From: Snowella sp.
GTDB taxonomy: Bacteria > Cyanobacteriota > Cyanobacteriia > Cyanobacteriales > Microcystaceae
Assembly (NCBI GenBank): GCA_035285545.1
Contig: JAYKGY010000129.1
Coordinates: 1-64,000, forward strand
Reading direction: 5' to 3'
DNA: 64,000 nucleotides
The notes beneath the pieces were generated by a model. That model was given only the letters and a program-made list of their open reading frames with translations, was not told the origin of the DNA and did not search any database. Positions 18,516 to 30,361 of this stretch are shown here, piece after piece. The translations under genes and the position numbers were made by a program. Positions within the stretch are counted from its first letter, which is position 1. Each line of letters starts with the position of its first letter.

Positions 18516-18614
18516 GAGTGCAGAATTGTCCGAGGGTTAAGATTTTTGACAATTAATCCCTATCCTAACGAGCAAGTGTCGGGAATTGCGGAATTCTTTA
18601 CATCCTTTTTACAA

Positions 18615-19190
18615 TTAGCGATGGGGATCAAAGTGGGGTAAAGGTTTTCCGAGTTGGCTTAAGTCTAAGACATGCCCTCCCGTTACGAGGTATACTTTGT
18701 CGGCGATCGCGCCAATGGATCGGGTTAAGTTCCCCAGGCGATCGCGAAACTGTCGGCCCAGAGGATAAGCCGGTACAACCCCCCAGCCAGTTTCCTCCGC
18801 CACAAAAATAATCGGATTAGCGCAAGTTTGTAAGCTCGTTAATAATTTCTGTTGAGTTAATTGCCATTGCCCATCGTCTTGAGAAAGTAAATTGGCGACC
18901 CAGGTTCCTAAAGAATCCACTAATAAACAACTGGCAGGGGGAGAAGCGGCGATCGCGGAGTTTAAATCAACCGGAACTGCCTGAGTTTGCCAATGGGACG
19001 GACGACGGAGACGGTGTTTTTCCAAACGAGCTTGCCATTCTAAATCAGTAGGGTCTTCTTGGGATGTTGCAATGTAGATAACTGATGGAGATTTTTGATC
19101 CGCCAAATATTCCGCCCACTCACTTTTTCCCGACCGAGCCGGGCCAGTCACTAAAATAATTTCCCGATGAGTAGAAGTGTAGAGACTCAT
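18615..19190 (-). CDS. cobU: Adenosylcobinamide kinase / cobinamide-phosphate guanylyltransferase
   Basis: LVTGPARSGKSEWAE, LVDSLGTW, EETGWGVVP, FRDRLG. Confidence 0.93.
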   Translation of the reverse strand: MSLYTSTHREIILVTGPARSGKSEWAEYLADQKSPSVIYIATSQEDPTDLEWQARLEKHRLRRPSHWQTQAVPVDLNSAIAASPPASCLLVDSLGTWVANLLSQDDGQWQLTQQKLLTSLQTCANPIIFVAEETGWGVVPAYPLGRQFRDRLGNLTRSIGAIADKVYLVTGGHVLDLSQLGKPLPHFDPHR

Positions 19191-19335
19191 AACAGGTATC
19201 AATACTATTACGTTGCGATAAAATACAAATTTTTGTAAGGATATAATATATTTTGTCCTTACCCTATATGAAATTTAACGACTATTTCTAAAAAAACATA
19301 GAGGCATATCGTGTCAGCCCAAAAAGCTTAAATAA

Positions 19336-20043
19336 TCACTCTTTCTGCGTGGCCTTTCTAAAGGCTTCTCGTTCAGGAAAAAGGGTAACTAGCAGTTGAT
19401 TAATATAAACCTGACCCACTACAGGTGTTTTCTGAGCCGCAATCTCTTTATTCTCAATAGGATTCGGGACAAATTCCAGCGTTTCAGGTTCAACTTCAGG
19501 TTGCAATTCCGTTTCTGACTTATTTGGAACGGATGGGGGTTGAACTTGCTCGGAAGTTTCTTGAGATGTCGTCGTGTCTTGCTCATCCGTATCCCAAGGC
19601 GAAGGAATTTCCGTTGAAGATACAGGGGAATTTGGAATGGGTTGCTCTTTTAAAGATTCTGTTTCGTTAGTTTCTGTTTTACCCTCCCAAGTGCGGGAAG
19701 TATCCCCTAATAAAGATCCTGGGGGAATCAGAGATAAGCTTTCAATATTGGTATTTAAAATAGTGCTTAAAGCCCCCACACAAGCATCCTGACCAATGCG
19801 AGCGCGACCAATAATTAAAACTCCAGCCCCAAGAGTTGCACCAGTTTCAATATCGATATTGCCCGCATAGGCATTAATAACAGTTCCTTTGCCTAAACAG
19901 ACCCCTTCACCAATCATAATTTGGCTATGGGGAGCGGCTTGAAGGATAACCCCCGGAGCGATTACCGCCGTTTCATGAATGGTGACATCCCCACTCACAA
20001 AATATTCCGAATTGCTAATAATTTGGACAGGCGGTAAACGCAT
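19336..20043 (-). CDS. ccmN: Carboxysome assembly protein CcmN
   Basis: Hexapeptide repeats, Pro/Glu-rich linker, C-terminal VVGQVYINQLLVTLFPE encapsulation peptide; operon position. Confidence 0.93.
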   Translation of the reverse strand: MRLPPVQIISNSEYFVSGDVTIHETAVIAPGVILQAAPHSQIMIGEGVCLGKGTVINAYAGNIDIETGATLGAGVLIIGRARIGQDACVGALSTILNTNIESLSLIPPGSLLGDTSRTWEGKTETNETESLKEQPIPNSPVSSTEIPSPWDTDEQDTTTSQETSEQVQPPSVPNKSETELQPEVEPETLEFVPNPIENKEIAAQKTPVVGQVYINQLLVTLFPEREAFRKATQKE

Positions 20044-20114
20044 AGTTAGATATCACTCAAGTGTGATCAATGTTCGTTAGTTTCCTGACTATTAAAAAAC
20101 TCAAAGACAGGTTG

Positions 20115-20142
20115 TCATGATGAATAAACCGACTCATCACGA
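20115..20142 (-). other. Intercistronic stem-loop between ccmM and ccmN
   Basis: Minus strand TCGTGATGAGT-CGGTTT-ATTCATCATGA. Confidence 0.5.
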
Positions 20143-20168
20143 TGAACTAAGCTAACAAACTATTGAAT

Positions 20169-22154
20169 TTAAGGACGTTGGATAATCGTTTCGAGAACAC
20201 GACGCTTGGCATTGGTGTCAATTCCCAGTAAGCGGACGTATTCGCCTTGATGGTCAGCTAAACAGTTTTCTAAGGCGCGAATAATATCAGCTTCACGGGT
20301 TGCGGTAATGGGGGCGCAGCTTTCCCATGATTTGGAGCGAAAACGGCGTTTATCCGTATGTTCTGTTCCAATTTTGTAACCCTGGGATAACAGCGATCGC
20401 ACTTGATTAACAACCGCCGAATCTAAACCTTTTGCACTGGACGCAGACGCATAATTACTGGTACTGCTATTGGAATAAGCGGGGGCTGCTGTCGTTGCTG
20501 TCGCTTGGGTTCCATTAGTTGCATTGCCATCGGGACGTTGAATCACTTTTTCTAACACCCGACGTTTCGCTTTGGAGTCAATGCCCAAGAGTCGAACGTA
20601 TTCGCCTTGGTGTTCTTGTAAACAGTCTTCTAAAGCGGCAATCACATCAGCTTCTCTGGTACTGTCGATGGGAGAGCAACTTTCCCAGGAATTAATCTTA
20701 AAACGGCGTTTATTGGCGTGTTCTGTCCCAATTTTATGCCCTTGAGCGAGTAAAGCACGAACTTCACTAATCACATCAGCGTTAAGTCCCGAACTACTGC
20801 CATTACTGCTGCTATTGCCATAGCTCAATTTTGAGGCAGGAGCAATGCTGTTGCTAGAAGTCGCAGTTTCACTAGGCCGTTGAATAACCGTTTCAGAAAT
20901 ACGGCGTTTTGCCGCAGGATCGATGCCGATTAAACGAACGTAATGACCTGAATGTTCGGCTAAAAAGCCTTCTAGTTTACGAACGGCATCACTTTCCCGT
21001 GCAGCATCGAGGGAGAAACCTGTTAACCAAGATCCTGTTTTAAAACGACGGTTATCGGCGTATTCAACACCAATTTTGTAGCCTTGATTGAGTAAGGAAC
21101 GAATTTGTCCGGCGGTATCAGCTTTTAACCCTTTGGCCGCACTACTGCTATGGCCGTTGTGGGAAAAATTACTGGTGGTTGTGGTTGTCCGACTGGTGCT
21201 TCCGGGCGTATCCCCAGGACGTTGGATAATGACTTCAACAACGCGACGTTTAGCGTGGGTATCGATTCCCAACAGACGAACGTATTCGCCTTCGTACTCC
21301 CGTAACCAATTGGCGATCGCCGAGATCACTTGCTCTTCTCGATAGCTGTCAACCGTACCGCAACTCGTCCAAGATTTAGTCTTAAAACGACGTTGATCGG
21401 CATGTTCTGCACCGATTGTATAGCCTTGGCTCAGTAAGGAACGAATTTGATTTCTAATTTCTGTATTAACACTCATAGTATTCACCGAATTTTCATAATT
21501 AATCTCATTAACATCATCCATAGAACGAGATGAATGTTCACGAATGGGCTTAACTCCCGTTCGGTTGTCCGTTCGCTGATAACTCGAACTTAAGGCTCCC
21601 GTAATTTCGACGATATGTTGAGCATAGGCTCGATCCTGGGGCTGGACATTGGGCAAGTGGTCGGCTTGTTCCTGGTTGGTGACAACCATTCCCGATGGCA
21701 CAAACTTACCAGGGGGAATTTCCACATTCTGAATGAGTGCGTGCATCATGATCACACAGCCTCGACCGATCCTCGCGTTAAAGACCGTCGAGCGAAAACC
21801 AATAAAACACTCATCCCCGATATAGGCTGGGCCATGAATCAACGCCATATGGGTAACACAAGTTTGTGCCCCAATCCACACAGAATACTCTTGGTCGTCG
21901 TCTCCTATGACCTTTCCTTTTTCTAAACCATGAATAACAACCCCATCTTGAATGTGAGTTCCTTCACCGATATAAAAAGGTGTTCCTTCATCTGCCCGAA
22001 TCGAAGTTCCAGGCGAAATCAGAACCTTTGCCCCCACTTTCACATCCCCAATCAGGTTTGAAAAAGAGTGGACATAGGCGGTTTCATCAATTTGGGGTTC
22101 GGCTAAGTGTTTCGACCAAGGAGCCGCAGGAGGAGCCGATGTACGGGCTGCCAT
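20169..22154 (-). CDS. ccmM: Carboxysome protein CcmM (gamma-CA-like domain plus 4 RbcS-like repeats)
   Basis: [21 protein letters not shown]; four repeats of QxRSLLxQGYxIGxE..RRF..YVRLxGID. Confidence 0.97.
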   Translation of the reverse strand: MAARTSAPPAAPWSKHLAEPQIDETAYVHSFSNLIGDVKVGAKVLISPGTSIRADEGTPFYIGEGTHIQDGVVIHGLEKGKVIGDDDQEYSVWIGAQTCVTHMALIHGPAYIGDECFIGFRSTVFNARIGRGCVIMMHALIQNVEIPPGKFVPSGMVVTNQEQADHLPNVQPQDRAYAQHIVEITGALSSSYQRTDNRTGVKPIREHSSRSMDDVNEINYENSVNTMSVNTEIRNQIRSLLSQGYTIGAEHADQRRFKTKSWTSCGTVDSYREEQVISAIANWLREYEGEYVRLLGIDTHAKRRVVEVIIQRPGDTPGSTSRTTTTTSNFSHNGHSSSAAKGLKADTAGQIRSLLNQGYKIGVEYADNRRFKTGSWLTGFSLDAARESDAVRKLEGFLAEHSGHYVRLIGIDPAAKRRISETVIQRPSETATSSNSIAPASKLSYGNSSSNGSSSGLNADVISEVRALLAQGHKIGTEHANKRRFKINSWESCSPIDSTREADVIAALEDCLQEHQGEYVRLLGIDSKAKRRVLEKVIQRPDGNATNGTQATATTAAPAYSNSSTSNYASASSAKGLDSAVVNQVRSLLSQGYKIGTEHTDKRRFRSKSWESCAPITATREADIIRALENCLADHQGEYVRLLGIDTNAKRRVLETIIQRP

Positions 22155-22159
22155 AAATT

Positions 22160-22465
22160 TTAAGTAAGATATTCGTCTTTTTTGCTATACAAAGAACGGT
22201 TATTAACGGTGACAGTATCAATAATGCCTACCACCATCGCGTCTAAAGGGCGGTTTTCATTGCCACTATCAATACGAGCCGCACTCCCTCTGGTAACCAA
22301 GACCCATTCGTTCACACCTGCACCCACGATGTCCCCTGCTACTTCATATTTGGGTAGCAGTTCACCTTGGGCATTGATATATTGAACAACAATGAGTTTT
22401 ACACCCGTTAGACTGCGAGTTTTATGGGTACTTACCACCGTGCCAAGCACTTTGGCAATTTGCAT
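22160..22465 (-). CDS. ccmL: Carboxysome pentamer shell protein
   Basis: [31 protein letters not shown]. Confidence 0.97.
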   Translation of the reverse strand: MQIAKVLGTVVSTHKTRSLTGVKLIVVQYINAQGELLPKYEVAGDIVGAGVNEWVLVTRGSAARIDSGNENRPLDAMVVGIIDTVTVNNRSLYSKKDEYLT

Positions 22466-22482
22466 ATTAAGCTAATCGCCTC

Positions 22483-22821
22483 TTAGATCCGTCGTAAGGG
22501 TTGGGGATTCACACTTTCACGGAATTGTTCAACCGCTTCGGTATAACGGATAGGGAGAACATATTCGAGGTTTTCGTGAGGACGAGCAATGATGTGATTA
22601 GAAAGGACTTCTCCACCGTTAACACGACGGGCATTCTCAATCCCAGCCGAAACGGAAGCTTGTACTTCAGAAACATCTCCCCGAACGATAACGGTTACGC
22701 GACCACTCCCGATTTTTTCATAACCAACGAGGGTTACCCGTGCCGCTTTTACCATTGCGTCTGCTGCTTCGACGACAGCTGGAAAACCTAATGTTTCCAC
22801 CATTCCAACAGCAATTGACAT
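22483..22821 (-). CDS. ccmK1: Carboxysome hexamer shell protein CcmK1
   Basis: BMC domain with KIGSG pore loop and C-terminal extension. Confidence 0.93.
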   Translation of the reverse strand: MSIAVGMVETLGFPAVVEAADAMVKAARVTLVGYEKIGSGRVTVIVRGDVSEVQASVSAGIENARRVNGGEVLSNHIIARPHENLEYVLPIRYTEAVEQFRESVNPQPLRRI

Positions 22822-22971
22822 AAGACGTATGCTCTCCTAAAAGATAAAAAATATCAGTTGTTTTTGTTTTTGTCTGTTATTAACATTGCGCGATCGCCAT
22901 AGTTAAAAACTCTGGATACGAACACCGTTAAGCAACAATTCATTTAAAATTAATCGATTAACCGTAGCGGG

Positions 22972-23283
22972 TTAATAAGCGCGGAACTGTTCGACTTCTT
23001 CGGTGTAGCGAATGGGCAGAACATATTCGAGGTTTTCGTGAGGACGGGCAATGATGTGGGTAGAGAGAACTTGGCCTCCGTTGACCCGATTGGCAGATTC
23101 AATTCCCGCAGAAACGGAAGCTTGAACTTCTGATACGTCTCCACGAACAATGACGGTCACGCGACCACTACCAATTTTTTCATATCCGACTAGGGTTACC
23201 CGTGCGGCCTTCACCATCGCGTCTGCTGCTTCGACAACGGCGGGGAAACCGAGCGTTTCAATCATTCCTACTGCAATTGGCAT
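22972..23283 (-). CDS. ccmK2: Carboxysome hexamer shell protein CcmK2
   Basis: 103 aa BMC domain, first gene of the operon. Confidence 0.93.
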   Translation of the reverse strand: MPIAVGMIETLGFPAVVEAADAMVKAARVTLVGYEKIGSGRVTVIVRGDVSEVQASVSAGIESANRVNGGQVLSTHIIARPHENLEYVLPIRYTEEVEQFRAY

Positions 23284-23897
23284 GGTTAACTTCCTCGCTT
23301 AATTTTACTTTAAGCCAGATTAAAATAGTACATTTGTTGTTGCATCCCAGATCAGTGGGATGATGTGAAAATCTCCAGGGTTCAGTGTTAGAATTTAGTG
23401 ACGAATAAGGTCTCAACTAGACACGATGAACGGAGCTTAAACCCAAAAGGGCCAAGCTGGAAAAATTCGACGAGAGTGGCTAAATTTATTATTCACCCTA
23501 AGAAAAGCATAGGAAACCTTGGGCCCTTTGACAATATAAAAGATCATGATATTTTTTAATTTGAGAGTTAACCAAAGTTAATCAATAACGCCATGAGAAA
23601 ATTTAGGGCATAGGATTAAGCGAATTTTTAATCGAAAGACTGGATGGATTCAGCACAAATTTGTCTTTTTTTGCGAGAATTTATAGATTTTTGCGGAAGT
23701 GACCTGAAAGAATTGCAGCCCAATTAATTAGTAGTTTATGCTTAGGATTTTTGTAAAAAATTTTTGGAAAGTTGTTGAAAGTGGGCGACTTTGATAAAAA
23801 TTCAATGATCAATATTCTGAGTAAAAATGCTGAGTATTCTCATGGTTGAATTTATATTTTTAAATGGTGATTAAGCCAACCATTGATGATAATTAAT

Positions 23898-24473
23898 ATG
23901 GAAAGTCATGAGCCTTGGACGTGTCTTGGCCGATTGGTGGAAATTCGCTCACCTTGGTTAACGGTAATTGGAGAAACCCTGGAAACCGATCAGCAGCAAG
24001 TTGTGGAATATTGGCGAGTTGAGAAAGCCGATTCAGTGATCATTTTGCCGATTCAGGGCGATCGCCTGTTATTGCCTAAACCGATGTATCGACCAGGGTT
24101 AGGGCAAACTACACTGGATTTTCCAGGCGGAAGAGTTGATCCCAAAACCGCGATCGCTGACATTGCCTTCAACATTCTGGAACGAGAATTAGGCATTATG
24201 AGAGAGGCAATAGAAGACTTACGACCGTTAAATCAGACAGGATGGGCCGTGAATAGTTCGTTTTCCAATCAGAAATTGTATGGTTATACTGCCCAAATTA
24301 AGCCTAGCTATCCGATTAATCCCTCCTATTTAGGAGTAAGCTATGAAATCAATCCAGTGGGAATCCAGCAGTTATTAACCGTTTTAAGCTGTTTACAATG
24401 TCGAGCCGTACTGTTGGAATGGTGGACAAATTATCTCCTGAATCTTGAGGAAACGCGATCGCCTTCTACATAG
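23898..24473 (+). CDS. Nudix-fold protein with degenerate Nudix box
   Basis: ADP-ribose pyrophosphatase-like N-terminus, LDFPGGRV..ILERELGI. Confidence 0.75.
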   Translation: MESHEPWTCLGRLVEIRSPWLTVIGETLETDQQQVVEYWRVEKADSVIILPIQGDRLLLPKPMYRPGLGQTTLDFPGGRVDPKTAIADIAFNILERELGIMREAIEDLRPLNQTGWAVNSSFSNQKLYGYTAQIKPSYPINPSYLGVSYEINPVGIQQLLTVLSCLQCRAVLLEWWTNYLLNLEETRSPST

Positions 24474-24544
24474 GGAGTTATGAAAAATCTCTCCAGATTA
24501 TTTAAAATGACAGCCAAGTAAGTATAACTTTAAAAAATCTAGCA

Positions 24545-25210
24545 ATGACTCAAAAAATTACGTTAACGATTCTCTGGCTAGGATTTGTGGTGTATGCCTT
24601 CTTTTTGTCGCCCCCCAATCAACCGGATACCTTTGAATTGATTAAGGATTTATCGACAGGTCAGTGGGATGGGATTAATACTCTCGTCATTAGTTTGTTT
24701 AATCTGATGGGGGTCTGGCCCTTGGCCTATGCCTGTGTCCTATTGGCGGATGGACGAGGACAAAAGATTCGCGCTTACCCCTTCGTCTTGGGTTCGATGT
24801 TTGTGGGAGCTTTTGCCGTTTTGCCCTACTTAATTTTCCGAAACGCTAATCCCAACTTCACCGGCCCAAAAGATTGGATTATCAAACTTTTTGATTCGCG
24901 GATAACCGCTATTTTTCTGTTAATTACCGCTTTAGCCCTATTGTGGTTTGGATTTTCCCAGGGCAACTGGACGGATTTCGTCAACCAATGGCGCAGCGAT
25001 CGCTTTATCCATACCATGAGTCTCGATTTTTGCTTCCTAGCCTTCCTCTTTCCTGTATTAATAGATGATGATTTAGCACGCCGAGGGATGGAAGAAGCGA
25101 GCATTTTTAGGCTTCTGGTTTGGTTTCCCTTACTTGGCCCGCTGGTTTACCTCTGTTTGCGTTCCCATTTACCCAATGAAGTCGCTATGATGGAAAAGCC
25201 TGAAACTTAG
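24545..25210 (+). CDS. Conserved membrane protein (DUF2834-like)
   Basis: Multi-TM, FNLMGVWP, FIHTMSLDF, DDLARRG. Confidence 0.75.
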   Translation: MTQKITLTILWLGFVVYAFFLSPPNQPDTFELIKDLSTGQWDGINTLVISLFNLMGVWPLAYACVLLADGRGQKIRAYPFVLGSMFVGAFAVLPYLIFRNANPNFTGPKDWIIKLFDSRITAIFLLITALALLWFGFSQGNWTDFVNQWRSDRFIHTMSLDFCFLAFLFPVLIDDDLARRGMEEASIFRLLVWFPLLGPLVYLCLRSHLPNEVAMMEKPET

Positions 25211-25385
25211 GGTATGATTGCCCTTGAGTCATTGAAGGGACTATATCTAAACCATTGGACAGTTTGAGGGGGGAATTTTATCTCAGAATTGTCATTTTGC
25301 ACTAGAGTAGTACCTATATTATAAAAAATGGTCAAGGAAGACTTAACCATAATCAATCCATTATTTTTAGGAGATTATCGCGCTT

Positions 25386-26081
25386 ATGCCAGAGCTTGCT
25401 GTACGCTCAGAGTTTGACTACGCTAGCGAAACCTATAAAGACGCTTACAGTCGGATTAACGCCATTGTCATTGAGGGAGAACAGGAAGCCCATGACAATT
25501 ATTTACAAATGGCAGAACTCCTGACTGATGATAAAGAAGAATTAATTCGTCTGGCAAAAATGGAAAATCGTCACAGGGCAGGCTTTCAATCCTGTGGTCG
25601 GAATTTAAGCGTCACCCCTGATATGCAGTACGCGAAAGAATTTTTTGCAGGACTTCATGGCAATTTTCAAAAAGCTTATGCAGAAGGCAAAATTGTGACT
25701 TGTCTTTTAATTCAAGCCTTAATTATCGAAGCTTTCGCGATCGCTGCCTACAATATCTATATTCCTGTTGCCGATGACTTTGCGCGGAAAATTACCGAAA
25801 ACGTGGTTAAAGATGAATACACCCACCTGAATTTCGGAGAAAAATGGTTACAAGCCAACTTTGAAACCGCTAAAGCCGAATTAGAAGAAGCCAACAAAGA
25901 GAACCTTCCCCTAGTCTGGAAAATGCTCAATCAAGTTGAAAATGATGCCAAAACGCTGGGCATGGAAAAAGAAGCGTTGGTTGAAGACTTTATGATTAGT
26001 TACGGCGAAGCCCTCAGTACTATCGGTTTTAAAACCAGTGACATTATGCGGATGTCTGCTCATGGGCTGGTCAAAGGGTAA
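25386..26081 (+). CDS. ado: Aldehyde-deformylating oxygenase
   Basis: [20 protein letters not shown]; di-iron motifs ENRH and DEYTH. Confidence 0.97.
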   Translation: MPELAVRSEFDYASETYKDAYSRINAIVIEGEQEAHDNYLQMAELLTDDKEELIRLAKMENRHRAGFQSCGRNLSVTPDMQYAKEFFAGLHGNFQKAYAEGKIVTCLLIQALIIEAFAIAAYNIYIPVADDFARKITENVVKDEYTHLNFGEKWLQANFETAKAELEEANKENLPLVWKMLNQVENDAKTLGMEKEALVEDFMISYGEALSTIGFKTSDIMRMSAHGLVKG

Positions 26082-26124
26082 ACGACAGCTTTTCCCTTGA
26101 TCAATTGTCAAATTCCCAAGCCTG

Positions 26125-26154
26125 AAGCCTGCTCCTGCGGGCTTTATTTCTTTT
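26125..26154 (+). terminator. Intrinsic terminator between ado and aar
   Basis: AAGCCTGC-TCCT-GCGGGCTT followed by TATTTCTTTT. Confidence 0.7.
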
Positions 26155-26280
26155 AACAGCAGAAAAAACAATCCTTTTTAAGGAATGCAAATTTTGTGCA
26201 ATACTGTTAAGAGTTTTACTGCTTCTTAACCTCTAGCGCTTTTTTCTCTAATCTCTCTCAATCCCTTAAATCTATTGTCC

Positions 26281-27303
26281 ATGTTTGGTCTTATCGGTCA
26301 TCTTACCAGTTTAGAACACGCCCAATCCGTTGCAGAAGCTCTCGGTTATCCAGAATATGCCAACGAAGGCTTAGACTTTTGGTGTTCAGCTCCTCCCCAA
26401 ATTGTTGATCATTTTCATGTCACCAGCGTTACGGGCCAAACCATTGAGGGAAAATATGTCGAATCCTGCTTTTTGCCAGAAATGTTAATGAATCGGCGAA
26501 TTAAAGCAGCAATCCGTAAGATTTTGAATGCTATGGCCTTGTCACAGAAAGCAGGATTAAATATTACAGCTTTAGGGGGATTTTCCTCGATTATTTTTGA
26601 GGAATTTAATTTAAAAGACAATAACCAAGTTCGCAACGTTTCCCTAGAATTTGAACGGTTTACAACGGGCAATACCCACACAGCCTATGTCATTTGTCGT
26701 CAGGTTGAACAGGCTTCCGTAAACCTCGGCATTGATCTATCTAAAGCAACGATCGCGGTTTGTGGTGCAACAGGGGATATTGGCAGTGCAGTCTGTCGGT
26801 GGTTGGATAAAAAAACCGACGTTCAAGAATTATTACTCATCGCTCGCAACCAGGAACGTTTACAAGCGCTACAGGCTGAACTCGGTCGGGGTAAAATTAT
26901 GGCCCTAGAAGAAGCCCTCCCCCAAGCGGACATTATTGTTTGGGTTGCCAGTATGCCCAAGGGAGTCGAAATCAATCCTGAAAACCTTAAAAAACCCTGT
27001 TTAATTATTGACGGGGGCTATCCTAAAAATTTGGATACCAAAATCCAGCATCCTGATGTCCATATCCTGAAAGGGGGTATTGTGGAACATTCCCTCGATA
27101 TCGACTGGAAGATTATGCAAATTGTCAGTATGGATGTTCCGTCTCGTCAAATGTTTGCCTGTTTTGCCGAAGCGATTTTATTAGAATTTGAACAATGGCA
27201 TACCAATTTTTCCTGGGGACGCAATCAAATTACGGTCAACAAAATGGAGAAAATTGGAGAAGCTTCGCTTAAACATGGCTTTAGCCCCTTACTGAGTTTT
27301 TAA
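26281..27303 (+). CDS. aar: Long-chain acyl-ACP reductase
   Basis: [32 protein letters not shown]; follows ado. Confidence 0.97.
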   Translation: MFGLIGHLTSLEHAQSVAEALGYPEYANEGLDFWCSAPPQIVDHFHVTSVTGQTIEGKYVESCFLPEMLMNRRIKAAIRKILNAMALSQKAGLNITALGGFSSIIFEEFNLKDNNQVRNVSLEFERFTTGNTHTAYVICRQVEQASVNLGIDLSKATIAVCGATGDIGSAVCRWLDKKTDVQELLLIARNQERLQALQAELGRGKIMALEEALPQADIIVWVASMPKGVEINPENLKKPCLIIDGGYPKNLDTKIQHPDVHILKGGIVEHSLDIDWKIMQIVSMDVPSRQMFACFAEAILLEFEQWHTNFSWGRNQITVNKMEKIGEASLKHGFSPLLSF

Positions 27304-27419
27304 ACCTTATTTCTTGACTTAATACCCGATAAACGACGCTTTCTGGTGGGACTTCCTCCAACCTTTCAGTTAACATTAGTATAGATAGTATAACTTCAGA
27401 CAAATTTATTTTTACGACC

Positions 27420-27920
27420 ATGACAGCCCAAACAACCGCATCGATTTATGAGTTTTCTGCCAATAGTCTGACCGGAGAACCGATTAATCTGGGTCAGTAT
27501 AAAGACAAAGTTTTATTAATTGTCAATACGGCAAGCCAATGTGGTTTTACCCCCCAATACAAGGGGTTACAATCCCTTTATGATAAATATGCTGAACAAG
27601 GCTTTGTTGTTTTAGGTTTTCCTTGCAATCAATTTGGTCAACAAGAACCTGGCAGCCCGACGGAGATTCAATCTTTTTGTGAAACCAATTTTGGGGTTTC
27701 TTTTCCGCTGTTTGAAAAGATTGAGGTTAATGGAAATAATGCTCACCCGATTTTTCAATATTTAACCAAAGCGGTACCAGGGATTTTTGGCACAGAAAAT
27801 ATTAAATGGAACTTTACTAAATTTCTGGTTGATCGCCAAGGGAGTGTCGTCAAACGCTATCCCTCTATGACTAAACCCGAAGATATTGAAAAGGATATTG
27901 AAGCCCTATTAGGAGCTTAG
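27420..27920 (+). CDS. gpx: Glutathione peroxidase family (Cys-type)
   Basis: [25 protein letters not shown]. Confidence 0.95.
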   Translation: MTAQTTASIYEFSANSLTGEPINLGQYKDKVLLIVNTASQCGFTPQYKGLQSLYDKYAEQGFVVLGFPCNQFGQQEPGSPTEIQSFCETNFGVSFPLFEKIEVNGNNAHPIFQYLTKAVPGIFGTENIKWNFTKFLVDRQGSVVKRYPSMTKPEDIEKDIEALLGA

Positions 27921-30013
27921 GGGATAATTTGAACGGCGCAGGCTTTTAATTCCGGTTCTAGGGAAATCGGGCAAGCGATCGCGTGGGTTAAGGCATTGGC
28001 TTCAGCCCTATCTGCCCAGAGTGAACCCCAGTGCATGGGCACAAATACCGTTCCGGGTTTAATCCCAGAAGTGATTTTGATAGGAAAACGAGCCATTCCT
28101 CGCCGCGATCGCACGTTTACCGATTCTCCTTCGGTTAGATTAAGCGCGATCGCATCCTTGGGATGAATTTCTAAGAACGGTTGGGGGTGCATTTTAACGA
28201 TTTTTTCGATGCGCCCTGTGCGGGTTTGGGTGTGCCAATGGCCGTAAAGTCGTCCTGTGGTTAGGACAAAAGGAAAATTTGGATCGGGGGGTTCTGCTAA
28301 ACCTTTACTGTGAAAGGGAACAAACTTGGCTCGACCATCGGGGGTCGGAAATCGGAGATCGGTATAAAGGCGGGAACTTGTCTTTAAATTCGGTGACGTA
28401 TTGGGATAGGGCCATTGCAACGGGCCATTTTTTAACCGCTCGTAACTCATTCCCGTCATATCACAAAGGCGATCGCGGGTTAATTGAGCAAACTCCTGAT
28501 ACACCTCGGCGGAATGGGTAAAAGAAAATTGAGCCTGGAATCCTAAACGACGACCCACTTCTGCAAAAATTTCCCAATCGGCTTTAGCTTCTCCGGGGGG
28601 CTGATGGAATGCCGAACAAAGGGTAACTCGCCGTTCCGAATTGGTCATGGTGCCTGTTTTTTCCCCCCATTGGGCAGCCGGTAACAACAAATGGGCGTAG
28701 GCACTAGTTTCCGTCGGATAATAGGCATCTTGATACACCGTAAAAGGCGATTTGGCCAATGCCGCTTTTACCCGTTCCAAATCCGGCAGACTGACCGCAG
28801 GATTCGTCGCTGCAACCCAGAATAAGCCAATTTCTCCCTGTTCTAATCCCATAATCATTTGCCAGGCATCTCGACCAGGATGGGGATTAATGGAACCCGA
28901 CGGTAAGCCCCAGGCTTGTTCAATTTCCTGCCGATGGTGAGGATTAATAATATGGCGATAGCCAGGGAGTAAATGGCTCAGTCCCCCAGCTTCTCTGCCT
29001 CCCATTGCATTGGGCTGTCCGGTTAAGGAAAATGGCCCCATGCCTGATTTCCCAATTTGTCCGGTCATTAAATGCAAATTAATCAAAGAACAAATTTTGG
29101 CCGTTCCCTCTGAGGATTGATTCAGTCCCATCGACCAGAGTGAAAGCACCCGTTCCGATTCGGCCCAATAGTGGGCGGCTTGTTCTAATTCGTCTTGAGA
29201 AATGCCACAGGTTAAGGCAACTTTTTCAGGTGGATAATCAGCAATTACCCTTTGGTAGTCGGTAAATCCCTGGGTATGTTGATTAATAAAATTTTGGTCT
29301 AACTTTTCCCAACGCAGTAATAAATGGGCAATGCCGTTGAGTAAATCAATATCAGTTCCAGGCGCGATCGCGAGATATAAATCAGCAGCTTCAGCGGTTT
29401 TAGTGCAGCGGGGGTCAACGACGATTAATTTGGCTTGAGGATCGCGTTTGAGGTGTTTCTGTAGACGGTTAAAAATAATGGGATGACATTCCGCCGTATT
29501 GGTGCCAATTAAAAAAGCGCAGTCGGTTAAATCCAAGTCCTCATAGCAACAGGGCGGGCCATCAGAGCCAAAATTTAAGCTATAGGCCGAAACCGCCGAA
29601 GACATACACAGACGAGAATTGGTATCAAAATTATTCGTTCCTAAACAGCCTTTGAGTAATTTTTGGGCAATATAATAATCTTCTGTTTGTAATTGTCCCG
29701 ACCCATACATACAAATGCCATCAACCCCCTGGGTGGACTGAACCGTTTGAATGCGATCGCAAATTTTGCCAAAAGCCTCTTCCCAAGTAATCCGCTCGAA
29801 GGAATCGGACAAGTTTTCCCGAAACAGGGGATAGAGCAAGCGGTCTTTATCAATAGATTCCGCCACTGTCGCCCCTTTAACACAAACCATTCCCTGACTT
29901 GAAGGGTGAGCGCGATCGCCGATGACTTTCCAAGATTGATGGGCCGTAGAGGAAACGTCTAATCCACACCCGACACCACAATAGGGGCAAAGCGTTTTGG
30001 TTGAATCTGGCAT
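27917..30013 (-). CDS. narB: Ferredoxin-nitrate reductase
   Basis: [32 protein letters not shown], molydopterin-binding C-terminus; NtcA box upstream. Confidence 0.93.
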   Translation of the reverse strand: MPDSTKTLCPYCGVGCGLDVSSTAHQSWKVIGDRAHPSSQGMVCVKGATVAESIDKDRLLYPLFRENLSDSFERITWEEAFGKICDRIQTVQSTQGVDGICMYGSGQLQTEDYYIAQKLLKGCLGTNNFDTNSRLCMSSAVSAYSLNFGSDGPPCCYEDLDLTDCAFLIGTNTAECHPIIFNRLQKHLKRDPQAKLIVVDPRCTKTAEAADLYLAIAPGTDIDLLNGIAHLLLRWEKLDQNFINQHTQGFTDYQRVIADYPPEKVALTCGISQDELEQAAHYWAESERVLSLWSMGLNQSSEGTAKICSLINLHLMTGQIGKSGMGPFSLTGQPNAMGGREAGGLSHLLPGYRHIINPHHRQEIEQAWGLPSGSINPHPGRDAWQMIMGLEQGEIGLFWVAATNPAVSLPDLERVKAALAKSPFTVYQDAYYPTETSAYAHLLLPAAQWGEKTGTMTNSERRVTLCSAFHQPPGEAKADWEIFAEVGRRLGFQAQFSFTHSAEVYQEFAQLTRDRLCDMTGMSYERLKNGPLQWPYPNTSPNLKTSSRLYTDLRFPTPDGRAKFVPFHSKGLAEPPDPNFPFVLTTGRLYGHWHTQTRTGRIEKIVKMHPQPFLEIHPKDAIALNLTEGESVNVRSRRGMARFPIKITSGIKPGTVFVPMHWGSLWADRAEANALTHAIACPISLEPELKACAVQIIP

Positions 30014-30086
30014 AGGGTCTGAGTTTGCTTAATCGACAGGGATTACAGAACACCTATCATGGTCGGAAGACTGACCCGCTCAAAAT

Positions 30087-30100
30087 GTAATCTAAGTTAC
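30087..30100. promoter_or_regulatory. NtcA-binding site upstream of narB
   Basis: GTA-ATCTAAGT-TAC, an exact GTA-N8-TAC match, 74 nt upstream of the narB ATG. Confidence 0.75.
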
Positions 30101-30361
30101 GATTTGCAGTGAATAATGCAGAAAAAGGATTAACATAATCGCTTTATTGAATCAATGTCATCATCAAGGTACCCTGCAAACATCGCGATCGCGGTTCCAA
30201 AATCCCCCAATTAGACTCATTCCGATGAGGAGTAAATGGGAATTAAAGATACAATGGAGAATAGCCATCCTGCCCACCAACAGGCGAGTAAGGTCACTAT
30301 CTAATTAAAAATGAATGAAGCCTCTACTGAGCTTTGATCAAAATGATTCAATTTTATCAAC

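Noticed and set aside
22483..23283. Near-duplicate sequence blocks in ccmK1/ccmK2, and repeats within ccmM
   Set aside because: Normal paralogy and RbcS-like domain repeats
23826..23845. GAGTATTC match to the TnpB guide seed
   Set aside because: Only 8 nt and not preceded by TCAT; expected by chance
30101..30361. Cobalamin riboswitch upstream of cobM
   Set aside because: No B12-box or other conserved core motifs recognised
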